Source: Thecamonas trahens ATCC 50062
Lineage: Eukaryota > Protista > Apusomonadida
NCBI RefSeq assembly: GCF_000142905.1
Contig: NW_013657657.1
Location: 392,396-456,395, forward strand
DNA length: 64,000 nucleotides
Direction of reading: 5' to 3'
A program made the position numbers and the translations under genes. Of this stretch, positions 23,301-34,750 are shown piece by piece. Below the pieces are notes generated by a model. That model had not been told where the DNA came from. It searched no databases and was given only the letters and a program-made list of their open reading frames with translations. Numbering within the stretch: position 1 is the stretch's first letter; the number at the start of each line of letters is the position of its first letter.

Positions 23301-26300
23301 GCGGCGGCGCTGTGAACGTCGATCAGGACGACCGGGACGAGGGTGCCAAACAGCCGCTCAAAGGCGGTGCAGAGCGTGTCGCGGTAGCCGGTCTTGATCG
23401 CGACCGGTGCATCATCCCATCCGGCTGGGAGCACGGCAAGGTCCTCGAGAACCGTGGCGGTGCGGGTGAGGAGGTGGACGCCGTAGCTGCGGCGGAGGCT
23501 GGCGAGGGCAGGCTCATCCGAGGCGCGGACGACAGCCTGCACTTCTTTGAGAAAAACAACCAGCGGCGAGGGGGCGTCAAAGGCGGCAGCGACCTTAGCG
23601 AGAGCGTCGGGTGTGGCGTCGGCGAGGTTGCTCGGCAGCACTGAGGCGAGGCTGGCAGACGCGGCGGCAGCGGTCTCGTCCACGATAGCCTCAAGGAGCT
23701 GAGAGGCGACGGCGACGTTGTCGGGCTTTGCGAGGGCGGTGACCAGCGGGTCCTTGGCGTGGCGGAGAAGCGCATCGAGGAGCATGTGCCGACCGGCAGT
23801 GAGGCCGTCTTTGGCCTGGAGAAGGGCGGCAAAGAGGGTGATGCGCGCCGATTCGGAGGGAATGAGAACGGTGTAGCCCGAGGCGAGCATGCCGACGGTG
23901 GTGGCCTTGACAAAGGCGAGCGCGTTTGAGTCACCGACCTCCATGTCGAGAAGCGCGTAGCAGATGTCCATGAATGAAGCCGCAAGCTCGTCGGTCATAC
24001 CGTAGAGGCCAGCGGATGCGTCAAAGAGCGCGAGCTGGGCGAGGTTAGCGTGGAGCATGTGCATGCAGACGACAAGCTGGTAGACGGCGATCGGGGTGGC
24101 ATCAGCCGGATCGGCAAGTACCGGGTTGGCTGCCGAGGCCACCAGCTCATAGAGAGTGGTAAAGGTCGACGAGACGAGGTCCCACACAAACGGCGAAGAC
24201 GGCTTGAAGACGGTGAGCTCGGCGACAGTCGGAAAGCGCGGAAGCGAGCGGGCGGCGACGTAGTTGTCCATCAGCACAAAGAGGAGCGGAACAAGCTCGG
24301 CGACGGTGAGCGAGTCGTCGGTAGCCCCGCTCGCGAGCCTGTCGAGAATGGAAGTGCGGACGGTGGCAACAAACGGGTCCGAGACGGCGTTGGCGCCATC
24401 AGGACGATCGTAGCCTGGGTTAGGGAACGCGAGCATCTTCTTTCCACCGTCGACGCACCAGAGCAGGTTGTTGACGACGTCGTAGGCGCGAAGCGAGTAA
24501 CGGAAGCCGCGGTTGGTCGACTCGCGAGTGTCCATCTCGGCCGAGAGGCCGTCGGGCAGTTGGAGCTGCTCGGCGGCAGGCACGGCGTCGGAGGCAGCGG
24601 ACGGCTCGCGCGGAATGCGGAAGCGTGCGAGGCGGGCCGGGCTGGTGTCGGAGAGGCACATGTGAACAAGCTCGATGCCGTTGGTGTAGATGCCAAAGAC
24701 GTGGGTTGCGGGCGGCGGTGGAAAGTCGGCGGTGTACTTGACGACGAAAGTGGGAAGGACCGGGCCGGCAAACTCGAACCAGGCGGCGCCGTCGGCTCGG
24801 CGCGGGATGACCTTGACTACCTGCAGGCCGGAAAAGGCAGAGGCAAGCGGTGGGGTGCCGCTATCAGCTGCGGCCGGGACAACAGACTCGTAAAAGTAGA
24901 GGGCGAGGCCGTCGGAGGCTGGGCGATTGCGAAGCGGGAGACGGAGGAAGCGCGAGGTGTCGGGAACAAGCTGGGCGGCGGCGTCTGCGGGAGCGCCTTC
25001 GGGCGAACCTCGTTGACAGCCCAAAGCGCGGTGTCACCCGAGGTGGATGCAGCCGGGTAGAAGTTCTCGGCTTCGAGGGTGGCCTTGGAGACCCAGGTGA
25101 TGATGACGACCGGCTCAAAGGTGAGAAGCAGGATGTGATCGGGCTCAGAGGCAAAGGCAAAGACCATGGCGCGGCTGAGGTTACCCTGTACCCCGGGAGG
25201 CCGGACGCGGGGATCGAGAACCGAGTCGTAGACGTAGCCGGCCTCGGTGAGGTTGATGCCGGTTCCAATTTTGGAGAGGTAGGAGGAGTCAGCGAGAGTG
25301 CCAAAGGCGTAGATATGGCTCCCGTCCGAGGCGTACGACGCGACAGGGATCTCGGGCCGCGAGCCCCAGTCGATGACAAAGTCTGCAACCGAGTTCTGGT
25401 CAGGGGCATGCATGGCGAGCTGGGCCGAGACGGTGGTTGACGATGAAGCCCACTCGGCGAGCTGCGCACGGAGCGGGAGCGAGGTGTCCGGCGGAAGGGC
25501 GAGGAGGGTGGGCAGGAGCTTGACAATGTCGAGTTGCGAGCCTCGAGCAATGGCCATTGAGAGCATCATCTTGACCAGCGACGCAGCGCTGCCGGAGCCG
25601 CCTGATTCGGAGAGAAGCTCGATGAGGTACGACTGGAACTCTGCGAGTGAGGTCGAGATGAGCGGTGAGACGTCCGAGAGCGAACCCGGCGGCGAGGCGT
25701 TGAGCAGCGAGTCAAAGATGCCGAGGACCGAGGCGGTGAGGCCCGGATCGGACTTTGACTGCGACTTGAGGAGGGCAACAACAGTCTTGACCATGGCACC
25801 GACGGCGAGCGACTCGTGCGAGTCACCGGCGGCGACAGGCGCCGAGGCGCGCTGCACGGTGCCGCTCACCACGCACTTGAAGCCCCAGTCGTTGCGCGAG
25901 CCGTCCGAGTGAAAGTGAAAGTACACCCGGTCACCCGGCACGACGATCGGCCCGGACGGCCAGTTGGACGACGGTCCGGTCAAGCGCTCGCCGATCTGTC
26001 CGATGCGGCCAGGCGCGGAGTAGAGCTGGAGCCAATCGCACCCGTTCTCGGTGACGCACGCCGGATCAAAGAGCAGCGTCAGTTCGGAAGCGCCTGGGAC
26101 CGAAGCTTCATAATCAACGTCCATGTTGTCGGAATAGTTATGAGGTGTCTCGACGATGACCTCAACAACTTCACCGGGGCGAGTTGTCGGCTTTGACTTC
26201 TTCTCCACATTCTCCATCTGGGCGGCCACCTGCTGCCGCCTAGCCATTGCTGCCTTGTCCAGCAACTTTGCCATGGCATGATGGGCGGCTTCCCGCAGCG

Positions 26301-26809
26301 ATGGTGATGCTGTCCGTGCCCAATCTTCCGCCTCGAGTGCTCGGACGACTTGATCAGGGCTCTGTGACTCGAGGGAGGTAGGGAGCGGGGAGAGGGGGAG
26401 GAAAAAGAAAGACACGCACACGCCATGACAGCCACCGCAAGTTGTTTTCCGCACGACAGAAGGTATTGACCAGAGCCATGGAAATGGAAAACCATGTATT
26501 TCCATACAACGATGTTCAGGGTTATGGGAGGGGAGGGAATGGTGAGTTGCTCGTGGTGGCAGGGGGGGGGGGGGGGAAGGGGAGGGGGAGAGGGTGGCAG
26601 TGGCGCGGGGGAAAAAGGGGGCGGCGGCGGGAGGAACAAGAAGGGTGACGGGGAGGAGGACGGGGTGAGGGGTGTGGGGGGTGTGGGGGGGTGGTGGTGG
26701 TGGTGGGGGGAAAGGGGCGTACCATAGATGACACGTAGTTGTTATCAAACATGTTTGCAAGGATGGGGGGCGCCGTGGTGGTGGCGCCACTCGACTCGGT
26801 GTTGCCCAT
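14347..26809 (-). CDS. Giant HECT E3 ubiquitin ligase (~4000 aa; HERC/HECTD4-like HECT) with three CUB-like domains, LamG-like, PA-like, UBA-like and SPRY domains. Exon 1 26809-26723, intron 26722-26362, three apparent -1 frameshifts (~25002, ~22981, ~22713)
   Basis: HECT: FKGEGSVDAGGPWRES, FLKYVWGRTRLP, catalytic LPSSHSCF. SPRY: YYEVRV...MHSDDG...GDVIGVGVD..VFFTKNG. Three ETPHxY...FHSDxS..xWG units. UBA-like QVRAMLELGAFRIDNCYGALRKTGGTLDTAVALLL. Exon 1 MGNTES joins SPDQVV in phase 0 via GTACGC...CAG. Confidence 0.88.
26362..26722 (-). other. Spliceosomal intron (phase 0) of the HECT gene
   Basis: Donor GTACGC, pyrimidine tract, acceptor TCACAG; splicing restores the frame. Confidence 0.75.
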
Positions 26810-26956
26810 GGTGGCAGGCGTAGGAGGAGTGTGTGTGTGTGTGACTGGCGTGGGTTAGCGCATGTGAAAGGATCATAAGGATGATGATGAGGAACTGCGA
26901 TATTGAATGTGTGCTACAAGTACTTTCTTTTCCTGCGTCAGTGTCAGCCAATCAAT

Positions 26957-27028
26957 TCCCCCATAGTACAATGGCTAGTATATGAGCTTCTCACGTTCAA
27001 GATCAGAGTTCGATTCTCTGTGGGGGAG
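26957..27028 (+). tRNA. tRNA-Glu(CTC), copy 1
   Basis: Cloverleaf: TCCCCCA/TGGGGGA acceptor, GTAC/GTAT D-stem, TGAGC-TTCTCAC-GTTCA anticodon arm, CAGAG-TTCGATT-CTCTG T arm; followed by a T-run Pol III terminator. Confidence 0.9.
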
Positions 27029-27302
27029 TTAACTTTTTTTTTGTCCAGCTCGCGACCCTGCCTTTGCAGGAAGGAATGCAGATCAAGTGGACGGTGTGAT
27101 GGGAGGAGAGAAAGAAACAATGATAGATGTGCGATTGCCGTTGAATGTAAAGGGCGGTGATGGGATGGTAGTGGAGATGGCGTTGGATAGGACGCGCTGT
27201 GCACCGGTCGTGGGGCACCAGCGGTGTCTGGGATGAGAGTAAGGCAATAGACAATACTATACAAATGAGTAATTGGTTCGCCGCTGTATTCAGCCAATCA
27301 AT

Positions 27303-27374
27303 TCCCCCATAGTACAATGGCTAGTATATGAGCTTCTCACGTTCAAGATCAGAGTTCGATTCTCTGTGGGGGAG
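27303..27374 (+). tRNA. tRNA-Glu(CTC), copy 2
   Basis: Identical 72-nt sequence plus T-run. Confidence 0.9.
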
Positions 27375-27487
27375 TTACCTTTTTTTTGTCCAGCTCACAA
27401 CCCTGCCTTTGCAGGAAGGAATGCAGATCAAGTGGATGGAGCGGTCGACTTGGAGAAGTAACGGCTTCAATTCGTTGCTGCTGCAAA

Positions 27488-30400
27488 CTAGATCTCGTCG
27501 TAGGCGGCGGTGCCGGTGTCGTCGTCGACAAACTCGGCGAGGCGGACACCCAGAGCCTCGAGCCAGGCCCCGACTTCGCCGAGGAGCTCGGCCTCAACAG
27601 CAACCTTTGTGTCAAGCATCGGGTCTGGCGACCCGGAAGCAGCGGCAGCGGCAGCGGCGTCGGCGTCAGCGGCCCAAGTCGACCAGACAGCGTCGAGGCA
27701 AGATGCAGCCTTGACCCATTCGGACTGGACGCGGGCCAGAGAGAAGGAGGGGACGGCGGCAAGATCCATCTCGCCGAGGCCGTGCGAGGTCAGCTTTGCG
27801 GAGCGGATGGCCGAGGTGGCGGCGTCACGGGCAGCCTGTGCCTCAGACTCTTCTCGGAGAATGCGCTTGATGTGCTCGGCAGCAACGTGGAGGAGATGGT
27901 CAACCTCGAGGAGGGCAGGCGAGCCCGGTGGAGCGGCGCGACGCAGCTGCTCGAGGGCGGCGATGCGAGCACGCTCGTGGTCGATGAGCGCGTCGGGCGC
28001 AGTGCCAACCCCCGCGGTGGAGGCAAGGTCGGCCAGGGCGATGGCGGCCGAGAGAAGGGCGAGCCACTGGTCGCGCTCGCCGGACGAGGCGGTGTAAAAG
28101 TTGAGGCTCCGGGCGCCCGAGGGCGGAGCAAAGACAAAGCCGCGATCGTCGTCGGAGCGGGCGCCGGTCGGGGCGACGCGGGCACCGGCGAGCTTGTACG
28201 CGCCCTGGACCTCAAAGCCGGCCTTGAAGAGGCCCTTGGGCATGGCCCAGAGCAGCAGGTCGTTGAAGAGAAAGAGTGTGGCCGACTTGCGCTTCTTCCC
28301 GGCGCGGACCCAGAGGCCGCCGTCGGTGACAAAGAAGCGGCCACGGGCGAGGAGTTCTTCGGCGTCAAAGTGCGGGCCGGGCTCGATGGCCTCAAGTACT
28401 TTGCGTGTGACGAGGCGGTTGTCCTTGAGGCGTTTGGACTCGTTGAGCGAGTCGGCAACGGCCTTGATGGCGGCGAGGCCGGCGCGGAGTGGAGTGTAGG
28501 CGGCCGAGTCGCGCGGGGTGAGGAGTACAAGATCCTTGAGTAGGAGCTCATAGCGCGGGATGCGCTGGACAGGCATGATGTGGAGGTCGAAGAGGTCAAG
28601 GCCGTGGAGGGCCGAGGCGTACTGGGCCGAGCGCGAGGCGAGAAACTGCTTGAGCGGATTCTTCTTCTTGAGTTTGGAAAGGAGCGCAACCGACTCGTCG
28701 TTGGCGTAAACGTACGGCTTGTAGGCAGCCTCGAGCGCCGGAGCGAGACGGACAAAGACGTCGCCGAGCTCGCCAATGGCGACAGGGCCACCAGCGAGCA
28801 CCCGCTCTACCTCGGCCATCAACCGCGACGAGACGCGAAGCACGTCCTCGATCGAGGTGAACGTGGCCGGCACGTCCTTGTCGCGGAGGACCGAGGCGAC
28901 GGCCGGACGGGTGAAGAGCTCGACCATCGACTTGATGGCCTTGACATAGGAGCGCTCCGAGGTGAGGACCTCACGGGCGACCTTGGTTCGCCTGCGGATC
29001 CGCTTGAGCAGCGGGCGCGTCACCTTCCGCACGGCGTAGCCGCGCCAGACCGACTGGATGACGACGGCGCGGGCGGCGATCTGCTCCCAGACAGGCGGGT
29101 CGAGCTCGCCGGGGACATTCTCGCAGAGCGACTCGTCGAGGTCGAGCGACTCGTCTGCAAACTCGGCGCCGGCATCATCGGCAGCAGCGGCGGCCGAGGC
29201 AGCAGCAGCAGCAGCAGCGGCGAGGCGGGCGCGGGCTGCGCGGCGTTCATCCTCTGCAGCAGCGGCAGCGGCTTTGGCGGCGGCGACGGCCTGCGAGCGA
29301 TGGCGGGCAAAGTCGAGCGAGCGCGAGTTGGCGTTGGCACGAGCTTTGGCGAGGCGCGCGCGGCGCGAGGCGGCGGCTTTGGCGGCGGCGCGCTTGGAGC
29401 GCAGGATGGGGTTCTGAGCCGACGAGCCGCGCTCGCGAAGCTTGGCCTGCCACTCAAGGTAGATGCGGAGGTTCATGGCACGGATGGCGGCAACAGACTC
29501 GGGCGATGAGCCCGAGAGCATGTCTTCCAGTTCGGGGGTGAGCGAGTCGAGAGCAAGGCCGAGATTGACGAGGATAGCTGGGTCCGGGTACTCTGCGGCA
29601 ACTCGGTCAGCGGCGAGGAGGCAAAGGTGTGACGGAGGTAGCGCGGACCCGAGGCCGGCTGGCGGGCGGCGAGCGAGTCAAGGAGCGAGAGCTCGAGCCT
29701 GCGGCGACGCGAAAGCTTGCGCTGCTCAACGCGGACGGCAGCAAGCGCGTCGCGCTCGGCCTCGAGCTCGTTCCACTCCCAGACGCGGAGCGCTGCAAGC
29801 GAGACGCCGCGCTTGACACTTGGGTTCTTCACGCTTTTGGCGAGGAGTGAGGCGTAGAAGGAGGCGTTGCGCGGCTCGGCGTCGCGGCTGGACCTTGCCT
29901 TCTTTGAACGCGATGAGCGGCCGCCGGATTTCCGGAGGCGGGCGAGTGTGTGCTTGGCGATGAGCGCCTGTTGCTTGGAGACAGTCGAGTGGAGGTTGGC
30001 ATCGCGGGCGGCAAGTTGCGAGACAGTTGTTGTCGAGGTAGCCAGGTTGTTGCGACGGGTGGCGAGGCGCTCGAGGAGCAGCCGCTTCTGGAGACGACGG
30101 ACGGTTCGGGCGTGGTTCGACCGGGTGGCGGCGGCTTTGCTCGCCCGGGAGGCACGGCGGTGGGCAAGGAGCCGCTGGGTGTATGGCCCTGGGCCAGTCG
30201 ATGCATCACTGTCATCTGCGTCGGTATCGTACAGCCGCGGCGCGGTGGACGACGACAGAGAGGCCTCACCCCACGCCGGATCGACGAGCTCATTCCAGGC
30301 TGGGCTGGCTTCACGGACTGGGTCTGGCGAGTACGAGGCCGAGCTCGACGATGACGTCGACGCGGCAGTCGAGGCTGAGGATGACGCCGGCTCGGGTGAG

Positions 30401-32913
30401 GGGGTGCGTGGGGCTGGAGCTGGCGGCGACAGTGGCTGAACCTGAGAAGGCTCTGAGGGCGTGGCATGAGCGGATGGAGCTGTGGGAGCTGTGGAAGCTG
30501 CGGGAGCTGCGGACTCATCGAGCTCGTCGGCAAAGTCAAAATCGAGATCGAGGTCAATGTACTCGGGAACGTCAAACTCACGGGTGTCGTCCAGAACAAC
30601 ACGGGTGTCGTCGAGACGGGTGTCGTCGAGACGGGTTTCGTTGAGGCGAGTGTCGTCCAGGCGAGTGTCGTCGAGAGCCGACTCGAGATGAACGGTGAGA
30701 TCGGCAAGGTCCGAGGCAAAGTCTGGAGGTGCGAGGGCGGCAGCAGCAGCGGCAGCAGGAGGGGGAGAGCGTGCAGGCGAGGACGCGTATGCGGCACGGG
30801 CGGATGAGGATGTGGAGGCGGGAGGGGCGACGACATGGGCGCGGAGTCTCGCCTCGGCCCTACGGGCGGCAGCGGCGGCTTCAGCTTTTGCAGAAGTTTC
30901 AGCTTCAGCCTTGGCCTGTGCAGCGGCCTCGGCCTCGGCGTCAGCCTTTGCCTTAGTAGCAGCCTCTGCCTCTGCCTTTGCCTTGGCAGCAGCCTCTGCC
31001 TCGGCCTCAACCATAGCAGCAGCCTCGGCCTCGGCCTCAGCCATAGCAGCAGCCTCGGCCTCGGCCTTCGCCTTAGCAGCAGCCTCGGCCTCGGCCTCAG
31101 CCTTAGCAGCAGCCTCGGCCTCGGCCTCAGCCTTAGCAGCAGCCTCGGCCGCAGCCTTCGCCTTAGCAGCAGTCTCTGCCTCGGCCTTTGCCTTAGCAGC
31201 AGCCTCGGCCTCAGCCTTTGCCTCGGCAGCAGCCTCGGCCTCTGCCTTTGCCTCGGCAGCAGCCTCGGCCTCGGCCTCAGCCTTAGCAGCAGCCTCGGCA
31301 TCAGCCTTCGCCTTGACAGCAGCCTCGGCCTCGGCCTCAGCCATAGCAGCAGCCTCGGCATCAGCCTTCGCCTTGACAGCAGCCTCGGCCTCAGCCTCAG
31401 CCTTAACAGCAGCCTCGGCATCAGCCTTCGCCTTGACAGCAGCCTCGGCCTCGGCCTCAGCCATAGCAGCAGCCTCGGCATCAGCCTTCGCCTTGACAGC
31501 AGCCTCGGCCTCAGCCTCAGCCTTAACAGCAGCCTCGGCCTCGGCCTTCGCCTTGGCAGCAGCCTCGGCCTCAGCCTTGACAGCAGCCTCGGCCTCGGCC
31601 TTGACGTTAGCAGCAGCCTCGGCATCAGCCTTCGCTTTAGCAGCAGCCTCGGCCTCAGCTTTCGCCTTAGCAGCAGCCTCGGCCTCAGCCTCAGCCTTAG
31701 CAGCAGCCTCGGCCTCAGCCTTTGCCTTAGCAGCAGCCTCGGCCTCAGCTTTCGCCTTAGCAGCAGCCTCGGCCTCAGCTTTCGCCTTAGCAGCAACCTG
31801 GGCCTCGGCCTTCGCCTTAGCAGCAGCCTCGGCCTCAGCCTCAGCCTTAGCAGCAGCCTCGGCCTCAGCCTTCGCCTTGGCAGCAGCCTCGGCCTCGGCC
31901 TCAGCCTTAGCAGCAGTCTCGGCCTCAGCCTTCGCCTTGGCAGCAGCCTCGGCCTCGGCCTCAGCCTTAGCAGCAGCCTCGGCCTCAGCCTTCGCCTTAG
32001 CAGCAGCCTCGGCCTCAGCCTCAGCCTTAGCAGCAGCCTCGGCCTCAGCCTTGGCAGCAGCCTCGGCCTCGGCCTTTGCCTTGGCAGCAGCCTCTGCCTC
32101 GGCCTTTGCCTTGACAGCAGCCTCTGCCTCAGCCTTTGCCTTGACAACAGCCTCTGCCTCTGCCTTCGCCTTGGCAGCAGCCTCTGCCTCAGCTTTCGCC
32201 TTGGCAGCAGCCTCGGCCTCGGCCTTCGCTTTAGCAGCAGCCTCGGCCTCATCTTTCGCCTTGGCAGCAGCCTCGGCCTCGGCCTTCACCTTCGCCTCGG
32301 CCGCAGCCTCAGCCTTCGCCTTGGCAGCAGCCTCGGCCTCGGCCTCAGCCTTAGCAGCAGCCTCAGCTTTAGCTAGCAATGCATCCACAGAGGCCAGACC
32401 GTCGTCCTCGTCCTCGTCACTATCCGCCAGCAGGTGCGCGACAGCAGCATGATCACTCCCAGCAACCCAATCATCGGAATCATCGTCATCCAGCACGGCA
32501 AAAGCCATCCGGTGCACTGTCGACGTGTCCCCACCACCAGACTCGGACATAAGGAGACCACTGAGTCCTGTATCGTTGAGCGAGAGCGCATCCAGTGCGT
32601 CACCCAACCCGTCATCGTCGCCATCGTCCGAGTCCATCGCATCCAGCTCAGCCGCCACACTCGCCAACCCGCTAATTCCATCGTTTTTCTTACCACTGGC
32701 CCGTTCTTCACCCGTATCCGGCGAGAGTGAGAGCGAGAGTGAGAGCGAGTCATCAGCAGCCTGCGCAAGCTCATCTGAAGTCACCTCTAGATCGTCATCG
32801 CCGCCGACCGAGCCGGCAGAAGCGTCCGAGTCGGACGACGCCGACGAAGACGACGACGACGACGCGAGCAGGTCGCTGTCGTCATGCGCAAGCAGCTGCG
32901 TCAGCGACGCCAT
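27488..32913 (-). CDS. RhoGEF: acidic N-terminus, long EAEAAAKAK helical repeat, IQ motif, DH and PH domains; apparent -1 frameshift at ~29620
   Basis: IQSVWRGYAVRK (IQ); RTKVAREVLTSERSYV and LHIMPVQRIPRYELLLKDL (DH); LFLFNDLLL...ERDQWLALL (PH). The upstream ORF from ATG 32913 overlaps a coding-like extension (LLAADRVAAEYPDP) of the DH ORF frame. Confidence 0.82.
30875..32375 (-). repeat. Coding tandem repeat, ~30-bp unit (AEAEAAAKAK), about 50 units
   Basis: agcagcagcctcggcctcagccttcgcctt-type units; period of 10 aa with occasional 8-aa units. Confidence 0.95.
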
Positions 32914-33130
32914 GTCTCCTCGTCCGCTGAGACAGGTGTTGACCTCCAGCCCCTGGTCATGGACACGGAGAAGGAGGCGGACTCGGACGCGGGCTCGGCG
33001 TCGGTCTCGGGTTTGGGCTCGACTCGTGGCGCCACACGCGTGTGTTGGGCAGCCGTTGGTTAACGACGAATGGGCATCCAATGTGATATTGAAATAAGCA
33101 GTACTCGTCGATCACTTTCAGCCAATTAAT

Positions 33131-33202
33131 TCCCCCATAGTACAATGGCTAGTATATGAGCTTCTCACGTTCAAGATCAGAGTTCGATTCTCTGTGGGGG
33201 AG
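33131..33202 (+). tRNA. tRNA-Glu(CTC), copy 3
   Basis: Identical 72-nt sequence plus T-run. Confidence 0.9.
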
Positions 33203-33314
33203 TTGCCTTTTTTTTTGCCCAGCTCGCGACCCTGCACCACCATCGCGCGATCTGCCGTGCACATCATGCTCATAATGGTTCCTTCAAGCCTGGTTTAGTG
33301 GCACACGAGCATGT

Positions 33315-34301
33315 CTACACGTCTACAGCGACGTACTCGAAGAAAAGCATTTTGACGACGACCATGACGCCGGCGTGGGCGAGAACAACGAGGCCGACCA
33401 CCCACCATGGCGACGCGACGGCGCGCGAGATGAGTGGGACGAGGTTGCGGACGAGGAAGCCAGCAGAGACGAGGAAGGCGAGGCCGACGGCAGACCAGCG
33501 GATGATCTCATGCGGGATGATGCACGCCATTGCGGCCGGAACGAGTGGAGCCGAGGCGTAGCCATAGAGCGAGTAGGCCGACGACGGAGCGAGCGGCACG
33601 TCGTACCAGTAGGCAAGCCCGGCGAGGACGGTAGGCGCCAGGCCAACATAGCCAGAGATGACCGAAAGGGCCAGCAGCATGTGATGAAAGTTGTACGACC
33701 AACTGGCACCTGAGCTCTGCGCCGCCACGTAGGCAGCAAAGTTGGAGGTGACGGCAATGGTAAAGATGAGGGTGGCCGGAATCCACATCGTAGCATAGAG
33801 ATCGCCAAGCGGTGGATGAGGAGCAATAGGCAGAAAGGCGAGACCAAGTCTCCGAGCAAACTCCACCGAGGAGACATCAAAGTACCTTGCGTAGTACTTG
33901 ATCTGATACGGAGCGTAATTGCCCTCATCCAGGCCACCACCATCCCCACCAGTGCTACCACCAACAGCAGCAGTAGCAGCAGCATGTGATGTAGAAGCTT
34001 GAGCAATAGAGGTGGAGGTATGGCCAAGATCAACATCATCATCAAACTCCAGCAAGAGCAAACTCTCAGGACTTGTTCCATCTCCACCATCTCTACCATC
34101 CATCATGTCATCGTCGAACACCAGCTCCAACTCGCCCATGCCACCCGCAGCTGTTCCTGCCCCTGCCCCTGCTCCTGCCCCAGCTCCAGCTCCAGCTCCA
34201 GCCCCTGTCCCGGTCCCTTCCTCTTCGCTGCTGGCAAACGGATTGGCAAGCCTTGCTTCTTCCTCTGTCTCTGCAAATGGGTTGTCGCTGGGGAGACTCA
34301 T
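33315..34301 (-). CDS. YIPF1: Yip1-domain protein (YIPF1/YIPF2-like)
   Basis: YYARYFDVSS..., DLYATMWIPATLIFTIAV, SLYGYAS; five TM segments; acidic N-terminus with two NPF motifs. Confidence 0.85.
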   Translation of the reverse strand: MSLPSDNPFAETEEEARLANPFASSEEEGTGTGAGAGAGAGAGAGAGAGTAAGGMGELELVFDDDMMDGRDGGDGTSPESLLLLEFDDDVDLGHTSTSIAQASTSHAAATAAVGGSTGGDGGGLDEGNYAPYQIKYYARYFDVSSVEFARRLGLAFLPIAPHPPLGDLYATMWIPATLIFTIAVTSNFAAYVAAQSSGASWSYNFHHMLLALSVISGYVGLAPTVLAGLAYWYDVPLAPSSAYSLYGYASAPLVPAAMACIIPHEIIRWSAVGLAFLVSAGFLVRNLVPLISRAVASPWWVVGLVVLAHAGVMVVVKMLFFEYVAVDV

Positions 34302-34348
34302 GGTCGCGAGGAGTGTGTGGTGTGTGAGGCGTGGCGGTGCCGTGTTGG

Positions 34349-34415
34349 GTGGCGGGCGGCGGGCGGCGGGCGGCGGGCGGCGGGCGGCGGGCGGCGGGCG
34401 GCGGGCGGCGGGCGG
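34349..34415. repeat. (GGCGGGC)n heptamer microsatellite upstream of the YIPF gene
   Basis: About nine copies of gggcggc. Confidence 0.85.
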
Positions 34416-34750
34416 GACGGTCAGACTCGAGGCGATCATGTTGTCATCGGCGAGATCATATGGCTGTGTGTGATGTTTGCTGTGTCGTGGGTGGGCGATG
34501 ATCGGCGGAATTCAGTATCTGGCGGGTAGCGATTGGCGAGTGGCGGGCGTTGCGGTGGGTGCGGGGCGATCGAGACACTGACGGTGCCCAGTGACCAGGG
34601 ATCAAACTCATATGATTGTATGTAATGTGTACGTGGCGTGTGTGATGCGCTCAGCGGGAGCTATCACTTTGTCGCATCCAACGAGTCCGATCGGATCGCC
34701 CCGGGCCAGACGGCGAAGCAAGCCACCACACCTGACTCACGCCAGCGACC

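Noticed and set aside
24971-25008. 38-nt GTTCGC...CAG micro-intron that would also join the HECT ORFs
   Set aside because: Formally possible, but GC-rich and coding-like with no pyrimidine tract; a single missing C explains it like the other junctions.
26957-27028. Suppressor or recoding tRNA
   Set aside because: The anticodon is CTC (standard Glu), and genes here end at normal TAA/TAG/TGA.
29829-32452. Long alternative-frame and antisense ORFs (RPRLLLR, ASASAFALA, SSLGL)
   Set aside because: By-products of the stop-free 30-bp coding repeat.
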